Shown here one piece after another: positions 41,630 to 54,682 of a stretch of DNA of 64,000 bases (position 1 is the stretch's first letter; every line of letters begins with the position of its first letter). Source of the stretch: Podarcis gaigeae (Eukaryota); the NCBI GenBank assembly GCA_964106915.2, contig OZ066919.1. One strand, 5' to 3'. The position numbers and the translations under genes were made by a program. A model generated the notes under the pieces. That model searched no databases. It saw only the letters and a program-made list of their open reading frames with translations, and was not told where the DNA came from.

Positions 41630-42970
41630 ATCAATTTGAGCATTTAATGCAGGATGGCAAATGTGACCTAACAGGCATTACTGAAACCTGGTGGGATTAT
41701 AATCATGACTGGAATGTAAAAATTGAGGGGTATAACCTATTCAAAAGGAACAAACCAAACAGGTAGGGAAGAGGAAGAGTATTACATGTAAATCCATGAC
41801 CTGGAGAATTGAAGGCATATTGAGAGTACATGGATAAAAATTGTAGGAGGAGAACAAAAGTGACCTGACTGCAGGTGTCTGCTATAAACCTTCAAGCCAG
41901 ACCAAAGAGTGGATGGTGCCTTCCTACAGCAGATTACCAAACATTCAAAAAGGAGAGTTCTAGTAGTCATGGGAGACTTCGACTACCCTGATATATGCTG
42001 AAACTCTAACTCTGCCAAGAATGTATGGTTCAACAAATTCCACCACCGGCAATTTCATTTCCCAGAAGATGGAAGAAGCAACATCTCTCTTGGACCTCTT
42101 TCTCACCAACAGGGAGGAACTGATTGACAAAGTGGAAGTACTGGGAGGAAGTGATCATGTCCTCTCATGTTTCATTATACAGAGACAAGGGAAAGCTGAG
42201 TGTAGTTGGACATGCACTCTGGGATTTCTGAAGGCTGATTTCAAAAAAGCTTAATGAACTACGGGAAGAGATCCCATGATCAGAAATTCTAAAAGAGAAG
42301 GGAGTCCAAGATGGATGGAGGTTACTTAAAGTAGGAGGCATCTAGTATGGCAGCATAAGATCTTATGGATATTTAAGAACAGCATGTATTAGAAATGGAA
42401 GAAAGGAGAAATAATGAAGGAAGAGTATACAGTTGCAGGGAGAAGTCAGGTGGGCCAAACCTCAGAATGAGCTCGGGCTTGCAAGAAAGGTGAAAAATAC
42501 AAGGTTTATTTGGCTATGTTTGAAGCAGAGAAAGAACAAAAAAGTAGTAGTCCGCTGCATGGAGTAGTGCTATGGGTGATAGAGAGAAGGTGGAACTGTT
42601 TAACACCTACTTTGTCTTGTCTTCACCCAAAAGGAAAGCAGTGCCCAACCTGGTGATAAAATAAACGATGCAAGGAGAGAGCTGCAGCCGAAGATAGGAA
42701 AGAACACCTAGCTACTTTAAATGAATTCAAATCTTCAGGGCCTTGGAGAACCTGTGAGGTTCCTACAGTCTGGGGGCAGGTAAATGTCCCCACCTTTAAA
42801 AAGCAGAGGAAAGAAGACCCAGGTGATCATCTTAACAGTGATACCAGGAAGTAATAGTACCACTGTATTCTACCTTGGTCAGACCACACCTGGAATCCTG
42901 TGTCCAGTTCTCAGAACAATTCAAGAAGGATATTGACAAGCTGGGATGTGTGCAGAGGAGGGCAACTAAA
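41630..42970 (+). mobile_element. Decayed, internally deleted CR1 LINE ORF2
   Basis: Endonuclease remnants GITETWWD..HDWNV.IEGY and VMGDFDYPDIC; C-terminal [11 protein letters not shown]...[15 protein letters not shown]. Confidence 0.85.
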
Positions 42971-43794
42971 TTGTATTTCTTCCAGATACAGAGAACAGTA
43001 GCATGTTTAGTTTTTCTGAGATCAGCTAATCCATCTGTTCAAGCTGCCTCAGTGGGTAAAACAGGAGAGGTCTTCTCTTCCCCGCCCCCCAATTATGCTT
43101 TAACCACTCACTGCAAACACCTTTCATATCTTACTGTAATTAAGCCAGGTTGTAGTAAAAGTGACTGCTCTGATCTCTAAACCAAGATAGCAATGTCTTG
43201 TACACACTACTTATTCAAGGGCAGATTAAAGGAACAACATGAATGTTTTCTCTGTGATTTTGGCAAAGACTCAAGCGTTTTCAAGAGCTAAAATCCTTTC
43301 CAACAGTTTATTCCAACTCTGTCAGGAGCATGTTGCATGTAAAAACCAGTAGTTAAGAAGGGATGAGTTTGGCTCCAAGAGATGGCCCTTCAACTTCTCA
43401 CTCCCAGACAACATCTGTCCCCAAGGATAAATGCTGTACTAAAAACATCATATTAAGTTTCAAAGAACAACCACAACACAAGTTTCAATTTCAGTAAAAC
43501 ACTTTTATCAGTATCCAGGAAACTGTTTTAACTCCCACCCCATTTTGTATGTAAGCTAGGTCAGATGCCACATCGGCAATGTTCATGTTTTATAAAGTTG
43601 ATCTTAATGCAAAATGCTATCAGTAAAAATGAGCACATTTTTGCTGCCACCAATTCTTCAGCCATGTCAACAAGTTCACACTAGCCACTCATCTAGTTCT
43701 AAAAAAAATATTAGGGTGTGATCTCCACAGTGGCAGGTTCTGCATTTCAGGGTGTTGTGACCTAGATAGCTTTAGAGGTGGGACTGCACTAATA

Positions 43795-44020
43795 CAGTGG
43801 TACTTCAGGTTACATACACTTCAGGTTACAGACTCCACTAACCCAGAAATATTACCTCGGGTTAAGAACTTTGCTTCAGAATGAGAACAGAAATCGTGCA
43901 GAGGCGGTGCAGCGGCAGCAGGAGGCCCCATTAGCTAAAGTGGTGCTTCAGGTTAAAAACAGTTTCAGATTAAGAACAGACCTCCAGAACGAATTAAGTT
44001 CTTTACCCGAGGTACCACTG
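43795..44020. mobile_element. Tigger/pogo-like MITE
   Basis: TA|CAGTGGTACTTCAGG...CCGAGGTACCACTG|TA. Confidence 0.85.
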
Positions 44021-45705
44021 TATAGCAGATTTCATTTGCTACATCAACACACATCCAGAGCTTACGAAGATACCACAGTCCTAGACTACATAAATATTTG
44101 GTTCTGAAGAGGGCATTTAGCTTTTGTTCATAAGCAGGAAGTAAAATTAAAGCTATATTCTGCTTCAAGCAATGTAGTACAATACTTGCTTTAAGATGTT
44201 AATATAAAGCATGTTATCCCTCATGCACTTTGTGGGGTCTGAGGAACAAACTAAGGCCAGTTTTTTCTACAGTTGATAATATCAGGCTTTGGCTTTAGTC
44301 TAGCTACAGAATTTTGCTATTTATACCTGTACCCATCTAGGAACACTGAAACAGGTTATCTGGCTACCCTCTGAATACAGCACTAAATACCTGCTTTGAC
44401 TCCAAGCATAATCATTCTGTGATGTATTTAATAACAACAACAGAATGCCACAATGCATGCAAAGCATTTGAGTTTATCAAAACCACCAGCTGTAAACCAG
44501 GAGTTCACTTGTTCAGCTACTAAAATGTCAAGTATTCTCATAGTGAAAACTTTTGCTATGGGAATAGAATCACAATACCACAGAGTGGAATTCACATGAG
44601 CACATTTTACTGAAGAATGACTTACGCTTTGGTTTTTCTACTTGTTAAAACACTAACATTTTTGCTAAAGGTTTCTAGTTCAGTTCAACAGAACCGCCTA
44701 GCAATCCCTCTGCAGCTCTCCCTCACAAAAATCTCCAAGTAGGGCTAGATCTTTAGACCATCCCATCTGAAACTCTGGAGAGCTGGTGCCTGCCAGTGTA
44801 GACAACATTAGTGCTAGATGAACTAGTGATCTGACTCACTATAAAGCAGCTTATGTCCCCATAACCCACACCCAAGCGTCCTGTTTGAAGGATTCCAGCA
44901 GAGACAAGAAATGAAGACAATCTCAGAGCCTGCGCTGGACTATGGACTATCCACTCCCCACAACAGGGTCACTCTGCTACAGGGCAGGGAGAGGAGCAGC
45001 AGAAGACTTTTTAATATGTTGATTTTCTTTAGTACGTTTTCTTAAAGTGTGCTTTAATATTTGTATAATAAATGTAATTTAATATTTCTGATAAGCCACC
45101 CCACCTTGGAAGGATATATATTTTGAGAGGGGCGATAAAAACGTAAGTAGTCATTAAATGAATAAGCACAAGTACAGGAAAGCTGACGATGGCGGAGGAA
45201 TATGCCTCTGGAGTAAGTTCTTAAAAGGGACTTATTTCAATGAACCGTAGTTTAAACTTGGCAGAGGCGGAAGCCGGGCGGGGGGAGGGGAGAGAGAATA
45301 TGAAAATGCCCTGCCCACTCACTAACCGGAGGCCCCAGCGACGGGCGTAATGGGAAAGGATTACACAGCGCCCCACTCGCTGGACGTTTTGGTTTTTTTA
45401 CAGTGAGAAGGGGAACCTTGTGGATTAACAGGTTGTTACGGAGCGGGGGCCGCATAAGCAAGAGAAATAAAGGAACCCGAGTCTCGCCCTTCGACGGGCG
45501 ACTCCGCCACCTACCAAGAGCTACGCGATCTGGCTGGCAACGCTCGGCCTCCGCCTCCCCAGCCAGGCCTCAGCGGCCCTCGAGTGCGATGATGGCGGCC
45601 TCTGAACCCGAGAAGCGACCTGCCCACAGCCCACGACAGAGCGCCGTCCCCGCCCGCCGCATCCCACCCCGAGGCCTCTCCTCGAGGGGCCGCCCGGGCA
45701 CTTAC

Positions 45706-46050
45706 TCGCCGCCGTTGGGGGTGTCTCAGCCACGGGCCGGGCCGGGAGCTGCCTGCCGGTGCCGGGGGACGAGCGGGCGCATCCTAGCCCCGGGAAACGG
45801 GGCCGGCCCGGGCAAGGGGGAGCGCGGCCGCCGCGGCCTTCTCGAGGCGGCCAGCACAGGGGCAACCCCCGGGCCTCTCGGATGCCGCTGACGCCAGGCT
45901 TCGGCCCCCGTCGCCCGCCCGCCAGCGAGCCCGGCCCGGCCCCCGCCGCTCTTCCAGTCGCCGCGCCCTCTGGGCCCCTCCGCTCAGCCCAGCTGCTCCC
46001 GCTCCGTTCCGCGCCCCTCTCTCGACTGAGTCAGGCGGAGCCAGCCGAGC
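45706..46050 (-). other. HIPK1: Probable HIPK1 first exon (5' boundary approximate)
   Basis: Consensus donor GGCGA|gtaagt at 45706/45705 inside the CpG island. Confidence 0.6.
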
Positions 46051-46757
46051 GCAGCACGCCAGCTAACGCCTCACGCTCCGAGCGCCCAGGCGGAAGCAGC
46101 CGAGCGCCGAGGCGGGGATGCGAACAGCCGCTTTCTTTTTCCCTCCCCCCGCTCTCCACGTGATCAGCGGCGGTTGAGCCGCGCCGAGGAATCGAGGCTC
46201 GCCGTCGTGACGGGAGACATTTTCTCCGATCGTCGCGGCCGCGATACGTTAGCAAAAACGCAAATCATAAGCACGCAGCCCCTCCCCAGGCACCCGGATC
46301 CATCTCATTTGGGAAGGAGGGGGTGGGGGAAAGAGAGATACAACCCTGGACGATCAGAGCCGAGATACTAGGGGCGTTTCCAATGGAAACGGCAAACCCC
46401 GCTGCCCTTGAAAGGAGCGCCTCCATGTTACGTGCGCCAAGGCACAGGCCGAGAACATGGAGGGTCGGCTTCCCCAAGCCTAAACCCAGGAGACGGGCCC
46501 TCGTGGCGGGACCTGCCGCCCGTGACGCAGCTGAGCATGGCCTGAAAGATCAGCCGGGGCACCTTGTTCGGGAGCGAGATCGGCCGGCCGCGGGGAGAGC
46601 CGCTTTGGGGCGCGCAGGCACGGGCAGAGCGCCGTCCTCTTCCGCGGCTGCTTCGCCTGCAGCATCCTAAAGGAAAGGCTCCCCTTTGTGGCTTCACGCG
46701 CCACGTGGCTCCCCCGCCACAGCTCGACCCCGGCAAGCTGCGCAGCGCCGCACTTAC

Positions 46758-46827
46758 TTATTTTCCATTTCGACGTGGTTATCACCCCGCTATATTCAGT
46801 TCCTCGCGCGCGCCTTTTAGTTGCCAT
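46758..46827 (-). CDS. HIPK1: Candidate alternative first coding exon (MATKRRARGTEYSGVITTSKWKI-S), in frame with exon 2
   Basis: AAG-ATG-G start, 70 nt to donor ATAA|gtaagt. Phase 1 joins GT-ATG of exon 2. Confidence 0.4.
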
Positions 46828-48899
46828 CTTCACGCGGGTTAAGATCAGCTGAGCCCAAGTTCCCAAGTTTCTCGCCTCTGGATCGGCACAGGTCCTCTCT
46901 CTCTGATCAAGCCCAACCGATCCGCCGAAGTCCTAGACAACGACTGAAAGGGATAGGAATGCACTCCGAACTTGTCTTCAGGATGATTCTAGAGTTCTTT
47001 GCGCTTCCAAACGGCCAACGAAGTATTTTTACCGGTCCTGAGAGCATCCGCAACCGCTGCTGAAAGAAACACCAGGCCATTTCTGGAGAAGGCGAGCCAG
47101 CCTTTATATAGTCGACTCTGGTCTCACCTGGCCAGAACAATACGATTCATATGTAAATCACATCACGTTTTAGCGCCTTTGTGAATAAAGTTTTAAGTGC
47201 TTCACGCTTAGTCCTACGGTCCAATCAACATTAACGTAGATCAGCCTTTTGAGGGGCAAATCTAATCAGCAAGAGTAGTTGCCAGGAGGGATAACTGAAT
47301 ATAGTCATATAATCTGTAGTTGCAAAACACTCTTAATGCTGTGATCCTGCCGTTTTGCTAAGGCAAGGGAAGTGCAACGTTCTTGTAAATTGAAATCTGA
47401 AAGGGGCTAATGGTCATGAGATAACATGCTCATTTATCATGGCTTCTAAAAGCATTTAGCAATTCAGTACATTTGCCTAAGGCAAAGCTAAATAAAGTTT
47501 ACTATCCTTATTTTACAGATGGGTCCAACAAACAGTTCAACATTTCAATAGGGTACAATTATACAGAACAAGTAGGCTCACTTTTAAGTAGAAAGCCACT
47601 CTGCCTCCATTATTCCCCTCTAAACAAAGTCAGTATCTGCAATAAAAATTAACAAAGATGTTAGTTTCAACTTAGAATTAATAAACACTGAAGGCTTTGC
47701 ACTGGCTACAAAGGAATGCTTTGGGGGTTTTTCCAGCTGGGGCTGGATGCTCTATAGGCCAGATGCCAGGACCCTGCAGCTCAGGGATGCCCCAAATGAC
47801 CACACAGATGATTGGGCAGCAGCAAGCAGAGCTAGTTCAGAGCCCATCAGGGCTGACACAATTCACTGCAAAAACCTTTCTTACTATTTTATGGCCAAGA
47901 GACAGCTGGCCAGGCATGTACATAATGCTCTTTAAAGAAAAAAAAACTTTTAAAATATATTATTCTTTCTATTACAAAATGGTGCTTATTCCCCAGTAAA
48001 TTTATTTACCACCCAGGCAGGAGAAGCAAAGCTCATTTTGTTCCTGCAGTCACGATGCTATGATTTAAGTATGTTTAAAATGCAAAACTGCACATGCTCA
48101 TAGCATGTTTTTAAAATCAGGGTTGGCATCCTTCCCCCCCCCTCAACGTGATAGCAGTGGGGGGGGGGGACAGAAAAGAAGTGTTAATTTGGAGCTTCAC
48201 AACTGAAATGTCTTTCCTTACAATATACAGGTTCAAGAGGAAAAGGGGGGCATTCTTCCCTTTTCTACTTTCCAGTACCATGTCTAGCAATAAAAATGGT
48301 CACATTTTAGTCTAGAAACCCTTATCTAGTACAGCAGAGAAATGTTTGTGGGAGGGGAGGAAACACTGTCCTTTCTTCCTCCCCCAAGGCCTGAACAGAA
48401 GTATTTTGTTATATATCCCCATTAGTGCTAAACTGCCCATTTTACTGTAACCTACTATCCTCTGTACATCTCTTTTATAAACTGAAACATTACTTAAGAG
48501 TTTCAGGTGGAGTCTGTTAGGCACAGAAATAGCTGGGTTACTGAAGCTTAAAAGCCCATTTCTCAGGTTGCTTCTAGACTTCACTCATGAGAGGAGCAAA
48601 GGCAAATGTCTTGTGCTTCCTGGGTCTGCCCCTCTCTGTCATGTCTAAAGTAGAAATTTGATGCAACCTTTTGCTGTGAGGTGTACACGCTATCCCCAAA
48701 TTGTCTCCATCCCCCCCCCCCAGTAGAGTTCCTGCTTTTTAATAGCTGCATGAAATGCTAACAGTAAAGCTTTCCTAGCATAGGTATATAGTAGTGGAGG
48801 AGAAAGATTAACCTGTTAAATATCTTGCTGTGCAGCAGCTAAAGACACAAGGCCCAGCTATTACATGCAACATAACACACCAAGCAAATGGTTTCCTTT

Positions 48900-49090
48900 T
48901 AGGGAAGGTTTCTAGCTCAGTGTTAGAGCATCTACTTTGCATACTAGAAAGTCCTGGGTTCAATCCCAGGCAGCTCCATGTAGGGCTGGGAGACAGCCAG
49001 TTCTGAAATCCTGGGGAGCAGCTGCAAATTGGTGTGGATCATACTAATGCGAAATGGATCAATGGTCTGACTCAGGATAAGGCCGTTTCC
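48900..49090 (+). mobile_element. tRNA-derived SINE
   Basis: TAGCTCAGTGTTAGAGCA...GGGTTCAATCCC A/B boxes followed by a SINE body. Confidence 0.65.
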
Positions 49091-49119
49091 TTTTTGGCTA
49101 TTTTCTAGTGTAGGTATAA

Positions 49120-49447
49120 AAAGGTAAAGGACCTCTGTCCAGTCGTGAACGACTCTGGGGTTGCAACGCTCATCTCGCTTTACTGGCCAAGGGAGCTGAC
49201 GTTTGTCCGCAGACAGTTTTTCCAGGTCATGTAGCCAGCATGACTAAGCCACTTCTGGCGAAACTAGAGCAGCGCACGAAAACGCCATTTACCTTCCCAC
49301 TGGAGTGGTACCTATTTATCTACTTGCACTTTGACGTGCTCTCGAACTGCAAGGTTGGCAGGAGCTGGGACCGAACAACAGGAGCTCACCCCGTCACGGG
49401 GATTCAAACCACTGACCTTCCGATTGGCAAGCCCTAGGATCAGTGGT
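49120..49447 (-). mobile_element. Sauria SINE, slightly 5'-truncated
   Basis: Homologous to the other three copies. Confidence 0.88.
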
Positions 49448-49925
49448 AGCAAGTTCTATTGATAGCAGAATTAGTGGCTGCCCTCCAGATCTTTAATATA
49501 CATTTAAAGCTCACACACAGTACACCCCAAGGATTAGGAGAATTACAATTAGTTAAGAAAGGCATTTTAGGTCTGTGAGAAGTAAAGTACAGATCCCAGG
49601 ATTCTTTGGGCAGGGGTAAATATGCTTTAAAGGTATGGCGTGTATGCAACCAGTGTCACATTCTTGCAAGGGATGTTTAACTCTGTTTCCCCTAAATTGG
49701 AGTAAGAAAGGTCAAAAGCATCTGAATAGTAGCCTTTTCACCCTTCTGAAAGCAGTGTTGCGACCAGAAACAGTATTTTACAGGGGAAGGTGGCTGAAAG
49801 TTAAACCCTTAACAGGAACACATCCAGCTACAATCTAGGGATTGCAGAGGGGACCAGGGAGCTGCTAAGAAAACTCCAGAACCATTTCTAGTCTTTCTGC
49901 CAACCTAAGAGTCAAAATCCTAAAC

Positions 49926-50216
49926 CAGGGGTAGGCGGCCTAATCACCTTCTCAATCCGGACCGTGGACGGTCCGGGAATCAGTGTGCTTTTACATGAGT
50001 AGACTGTGTCCTTTTATTTCAAATGCATCTCTGGGTTATTTGTGGGGCCTGTCTGGTGTTTTTAAATGAGTAGAATGTGTGCTTTTATTTAGAATGCATC
50101 TCTGGGTTATTTGTGGGGCATAGGAATTCGTTCATATTTTGTTTCAAAATATAGTCCGGGGCCCACCACATGGTCTGATGGACCGACCCCCTGCTAAAAA
50201 AGTTTGCTGACCCCTG
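49926..50216. mobile_element. hAT MITE with an internal ~60-bp duplication
   Basis: CAGGGGTAGG...TGCTGACCCCTG ends; homologous to 60753-61400. Confidence 0.8.
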
Positions 50217-50589
50217 TCTGAACCTTTGAAATTTATCAAGTTTCCTTCCAAGCCAGTGCTTCACCTGGGATAGAGGCATTAACATGATAAAAAGGGGTTG
50301 ATGGCCCATCTGAGAGGAATTATTGGGCCTGGGCAGACAGAGGTTGCCATGGTGATGAAGTGTGTGTTTGAGGTGACAGGAAAAGAGAATCTTTAGAGCA
50401 AGGTGTGTTGGGAAGAAAAAAGAGAGAGAAAAGACTGAGATCCATCTTGTATAGGTTCCCTGAAGGCTGGCCGGGAGAGATGCCAATGGCGCCACTGCTG
50501 ATGGTCTGGGCACTGACCAGATCCAAACCTGCTTTCCTTCAGCAAACTGGCTGCATCATGCTTTTTCAGAGTATAGCACATGAGTGTGT

Positions 50590-51209
50590 TGTAAACGAAA
50601 ATCTGCCCTTTTCCCTTATGGAGTATCCATATAGAGTCCTTACGTAGGTTCCCTATTGGTAGGAGAAAATAACAGAGGCCAACCAGAGAATATTGAGAAG
50701 CAAAGCAGCTAGTAAGTCTGATCTTTAATCATCCGTTGCAACAGGGTCCTCACTCCCCACATGCAGGAGGGAGGAGGAACCAAGAACAATGGCCCGCAAG
50801 GCCTTATATAGACATTTTTAATTCTCTGCCCTGGAGCTCAAGACTCTGCCCTGGAGCTCAAGACTACCCCTCCATACATCACAGAAGGGGTGTAACCCAA
50901 GACCACCCCCCACAAACCATATCTGCATCACAGAAAAGGTGTTGTTTTTCCTGTCCACCAGGTTATCTGATTGCCTTTCCTGATAGCCTTTCCTGATAGT
51001 CTGTCACCCATTAAAATGCTGATTACTCAATTCCTGAGACAATGGGAAGGCTCCCTGACCCCGCCCCCTCCTTGCAGAGAAAACTTTTGGTCAGTTTGGG
51101 AATCAAAAATGATTTCAGGTCAGTCTTCCTGTGCTGATCTATGTAAATGCTTGGTTGGTACACTTATAAACATTCAACATCTATCTAAGACCTCAAAATT
51201 CCTATCACA
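50590..51209 (-). mobile_element. Probable ERV solo LTR
   Basis: TG...CA ends. Minus-strand TATATAAGG (~50805) then ATTAAA (~50725). Internal 20-bp tandem duplication. No clear target-site duplication. Confidence 0.45.
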
Positions 51210-52729
51210 ATACCCCCTTTGGTGCTAGAATTTTTCTTAAAAAATTTTGCTCCACAAATAATATGGTATGCTGTAAATGGATGCCTTTGTGTAAGTATAG
51301 GATATCACATAAAAATAACACATGTTGCATTTTGCTACTGAATTACTTGCGGCATTCTAACACTTTGGAAGAAACATTTACTCAATAGTGGTCTATGTTT
51401 CTCACTTAGCAGGAAGGTCCAATAATGATTGGAAATGCAGTTTGTTTTGTTTCTGCCTTTTTTGTGTGTTCTCAGGTGTCAAACTTAGCTCTCCTCCATC
51501 ATACCACAGCAGCAACAATCCCTGGTGAATCCCTATAGACCATGTCACCTTGGCATAGGTTTGGACATGTCGTGAGAGAGATGTCCTTGCCTTGACCTTT
51601 CTATGGGATTTTATTATTATAGGCTCTGGTCTTGCACTATGGGGAAGTTGCTCACTTGGCCTTAAGGGGGGGAAAAGGTAGTTTCAGTCTGGGTACACTT
51701 GTCGAATTCAAACTGAGTCCAATTAGAATTTAGATAGCACCATGGTTTTCAACTTTTCAAATCATGGTTTTCAACTTTTCAAACCAATCTGTAAAACACA
51801 TTCTAAAAAGGGCACCTGTCCAAATTAGTCAATTTAACTCTATAAGGGATCATTCCTGCTAAATCAAGGCATATATACCTTCATGCATTTGCTGTTTCAT
51901 GGATCCTGAAGCTTGCCTTTTTTGTGTGAAATGAATTAAAATAATTTAAAAATGGTTAGAGAAGGCACATTGCAGAGTGCCAGGTGGAACATGATCTAAT
52001 CTAAATACTGGATTACGCAATAGCCTGATCTATTAGAAGCCTTAAAATGCATGAGAATCCTCCACTGGTGTAAGCAATAAGACACTATATACTGAACATA
52101 AAAACAATTACAGGACACACAATAATTGGGTCCCCTCTTTGTGGAACTAACATACTGTCAGACACATTTTAGCATTCCTACATAATATCACACAACAAAC
52201 TAATTAAATATCAGTTGCATATCTTGAGGCAATCGTGATCTTTTACATATCTTTTCAATCCTGGAGCACAGTCTTGAGGTTTAAAAGTGAGAGAGTGTCT
52301 TTGCAATTCAACTTTTCCCCTTTTGTCAGCCCCGCCCCCTGTCAGTCTATATCCTTTGGAAAGAGATAGCTGTGGCCACTCTGGTATCTTTTGTTGTTGT
52401 TGTTGCTGCTGCAGGTAATAAATAGCCTTGCAATCAGGAGGAATTGGGCTGAGGGTTTTCCATCATTGGGTCTGCATTAACATCTGTAGAAGGGATATCC
52501 TGCAAGGGGTTTTTTAGGGACTTAAAGACACAGTTAGAAAAGGAAGGGGCAAAAGCCAAAAAATAAATAAATAAAATCTCCTTGAGTTATCTTAGGAAGC
52601 TACAAATAATAAAATCTTAGCGTGTTAAGCATTTTAATCATTTGAATATTATTATCACATTTCCATATAATTATTATCTACTAAGTTTGTTTGCTTTCAT
52701 TCACTTAGTTACTCCACATATACAGGAAG

Positions 52730-53400
52730 AAAAGGGTAGAAATACAAGAAAGGTGAAAACAAAAATAAAAAATTAGCTTACCAGTCAGATGAAAACAGAC
52801 TTGACACAAAGACATCAGATTTAGAGAAGAATTAGGTATTATTAAATAATACAAAGATATTATCAAAACCACACAGATTACTATTGGACTGAAAAATAGG
52901 AAAACATTGGGGAAAGGCTTAAAATTCACCATGTGCTATCTGATAAAAGAGAACTTCATGAAAATGGCTTACATATGGTACCTGATCCCATCCAAATCAG
53001 TCAGAATAAATAAATATCAGCAATAAGTTTTGGAGATGCAACAAAATGAAGGAACCTTATTCAACATGTGGTGGACATGTCCCCAAAGTAAAAAAAAAAA
53101 AGAAAAGAAAAAAGGGCATGACCTATGAGGAACCAAAAATAAATAAATGCTAAAACACACAATTGTTAAAGAAACTCTACTCTTATCTATTTTGGCATTC
53201 TAACAATGAGCATCCCAAATGAAAAGAAAAGAGTGTTTCTTGATGTGATAACATCGGCTAGAATGTTAATAGCAAAATACTGGGAAATGAGTTAATACCA
53301 AGAAAAGATGAATGGCAATTTAAAGTTGTGCAAGTACCTTGAACTAGCCACAACGACAGAACTAATAAGAAATACTCAGGCGAAAAGGTAAACAAATACC
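52730..53400 (+). mobile_element. L1/Tx1-clade LINE ORF2 3' fragment
   Basis: ENFMKMAYIWYL.P...WRC...GTLFNMWWTCP resembles the C-terminal cysteine-rich region; A-rich strand. Confidence 0.7.
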
Positions 53401-53707
53401 ATTCCACAAACAATGTTTGGTTGTGCTTAGATTAATTTCATAGATATAATGGGAAAACTGATTAATAAATGAAAACAGATTATTTGTAACTTAAAAATTG
53501 TCAAAGCCACTAACACAAATGCAATTACTTTTCTGAGAACCTTGGATATAGAATATTTAAATTACTGTTTGTATCCCCTCATTATTATTTGTGCTGTGGG
53601 AGAAAAGAAGGGACAAACACTTTTTTAATTTGTTTAGTCTTCTTAGAGGTTCATGTATCCTGTTTGAAAGGGGAAATTATTTCATGTGAAAATCTGTCAG
53701 GAAATGC

Positions 53708-53885
53708 TGTTCCTAAAATGCATAGGTATATATGCATTTTAGGAACATTATAAAATTCCTAATTTTATAACTATAAAATTATAAAATTAACTATAAAACT
53801 ATAAAATTCCTAATTTTATAACTATTATAATTTTATAACTATTATAACTCCTATCCTAATTTTATAACTATTATAAAATTATAAA
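53708..53885. repeat. Perfect 17-bp inverted repeat followed by AT-rich quasi-palindromic repeats
   Basis: TGTTCCTAAAATGCATA-ggtata-TATGCATTTTAGGAACA, then repeated ATAAAATT/AATTTTATAACT units. Confidence 0.85.
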
Positions 53886-54289
53886 TTCATTAAAATCCTT
53901 TTTTTGCTTTTCCTTTTCTTTTTTTTTTAAGTAAAAACTACTCAAGATTCAAACTTATAGTAGGAGTACTCTGATATTTATACCTGTGGAAAGAATTTGG
54001 CATGTTAGATTTGGAACTTGGCAACCACTTAACTTTTGATGGTCCAGTACTTAACCCCTTTTGTTTTGTTTCTTAAGTAGCCCCTGGAGCAAAGGACACA
54101 TAAGGGTGATTTCCCTCAATGGTTCCAAGTTTTTACATAAAGAAATTTGAATATTTTTTTCTCCTGCAGGGCAGAGCTTTGTCAGTTCTTGGTTTAAACC
54201 AGGTGGGAAGTAAGCACCAACCAGGCTTCTTTCCCATCAGGAGTCTGCGGGTTCATTTCTTTTGAATGAGGTGCACCCATTTTCTAAGA

Positions 54290-54682
54290 CTGACAAACTC
54301 TGAAAAGGGGAACCTAGAAAAACTCCTTAACTGGAAACGTGGATAAGCTCGAAAAGGGGTTGGACCTGGCAAACTCCGAAGGGAAAGGGACCTGGGGAAA
54401 TGGACAAACTCCGAAGGGAAAAGGACCTGGTGAAACCTGGACAAACTCCAGAAAAGGGCGTCTGGGGAAACCTGGACAACTTCAAAGGGGGAAGGACCTG
54501 GGCAAACCCCGAAGGGTCTGAAAAGGGGGAAACCTGGACAAGCTCTGAAAGGAGAAGGACCTGGGCAAACTCCGAAGGGTCCAAAAGGGAAAAATCTGGA
54601 CAAACTCTGAAAGGGAGGACCTGGACAAACTTTGAAAGGTCAGGAAGGAGGAAATCTGGACAAACTCTGAAAGGGGAACCCT
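54290..54682. repeat. Degenerate purine-rich minisatellite (core ACCTGGACAAACTC(C/T)GAA)
   Basis: About a dozen irregularly spaced copies of the core. Confidence 0.85.

Larger units (their letters stand above)
45250..47110 (-). promoter_or_regulatory. CpG island / HIPK1 promoter
   Basis: Very high GC and CpG density. E-boxes CACGTG at ~46157 and ~46702. YY1-like AAGATGGC at 46823-46830 (minus). TATATAAA at 47103-47110 (minus). Confidence 0.85.

Noticed and set aside
45252-46866. Many Arg/Pro/Gly-rich ORFs
   Set aside because: Expected stop-codon depletion in a CpG island; no recognisable domains.
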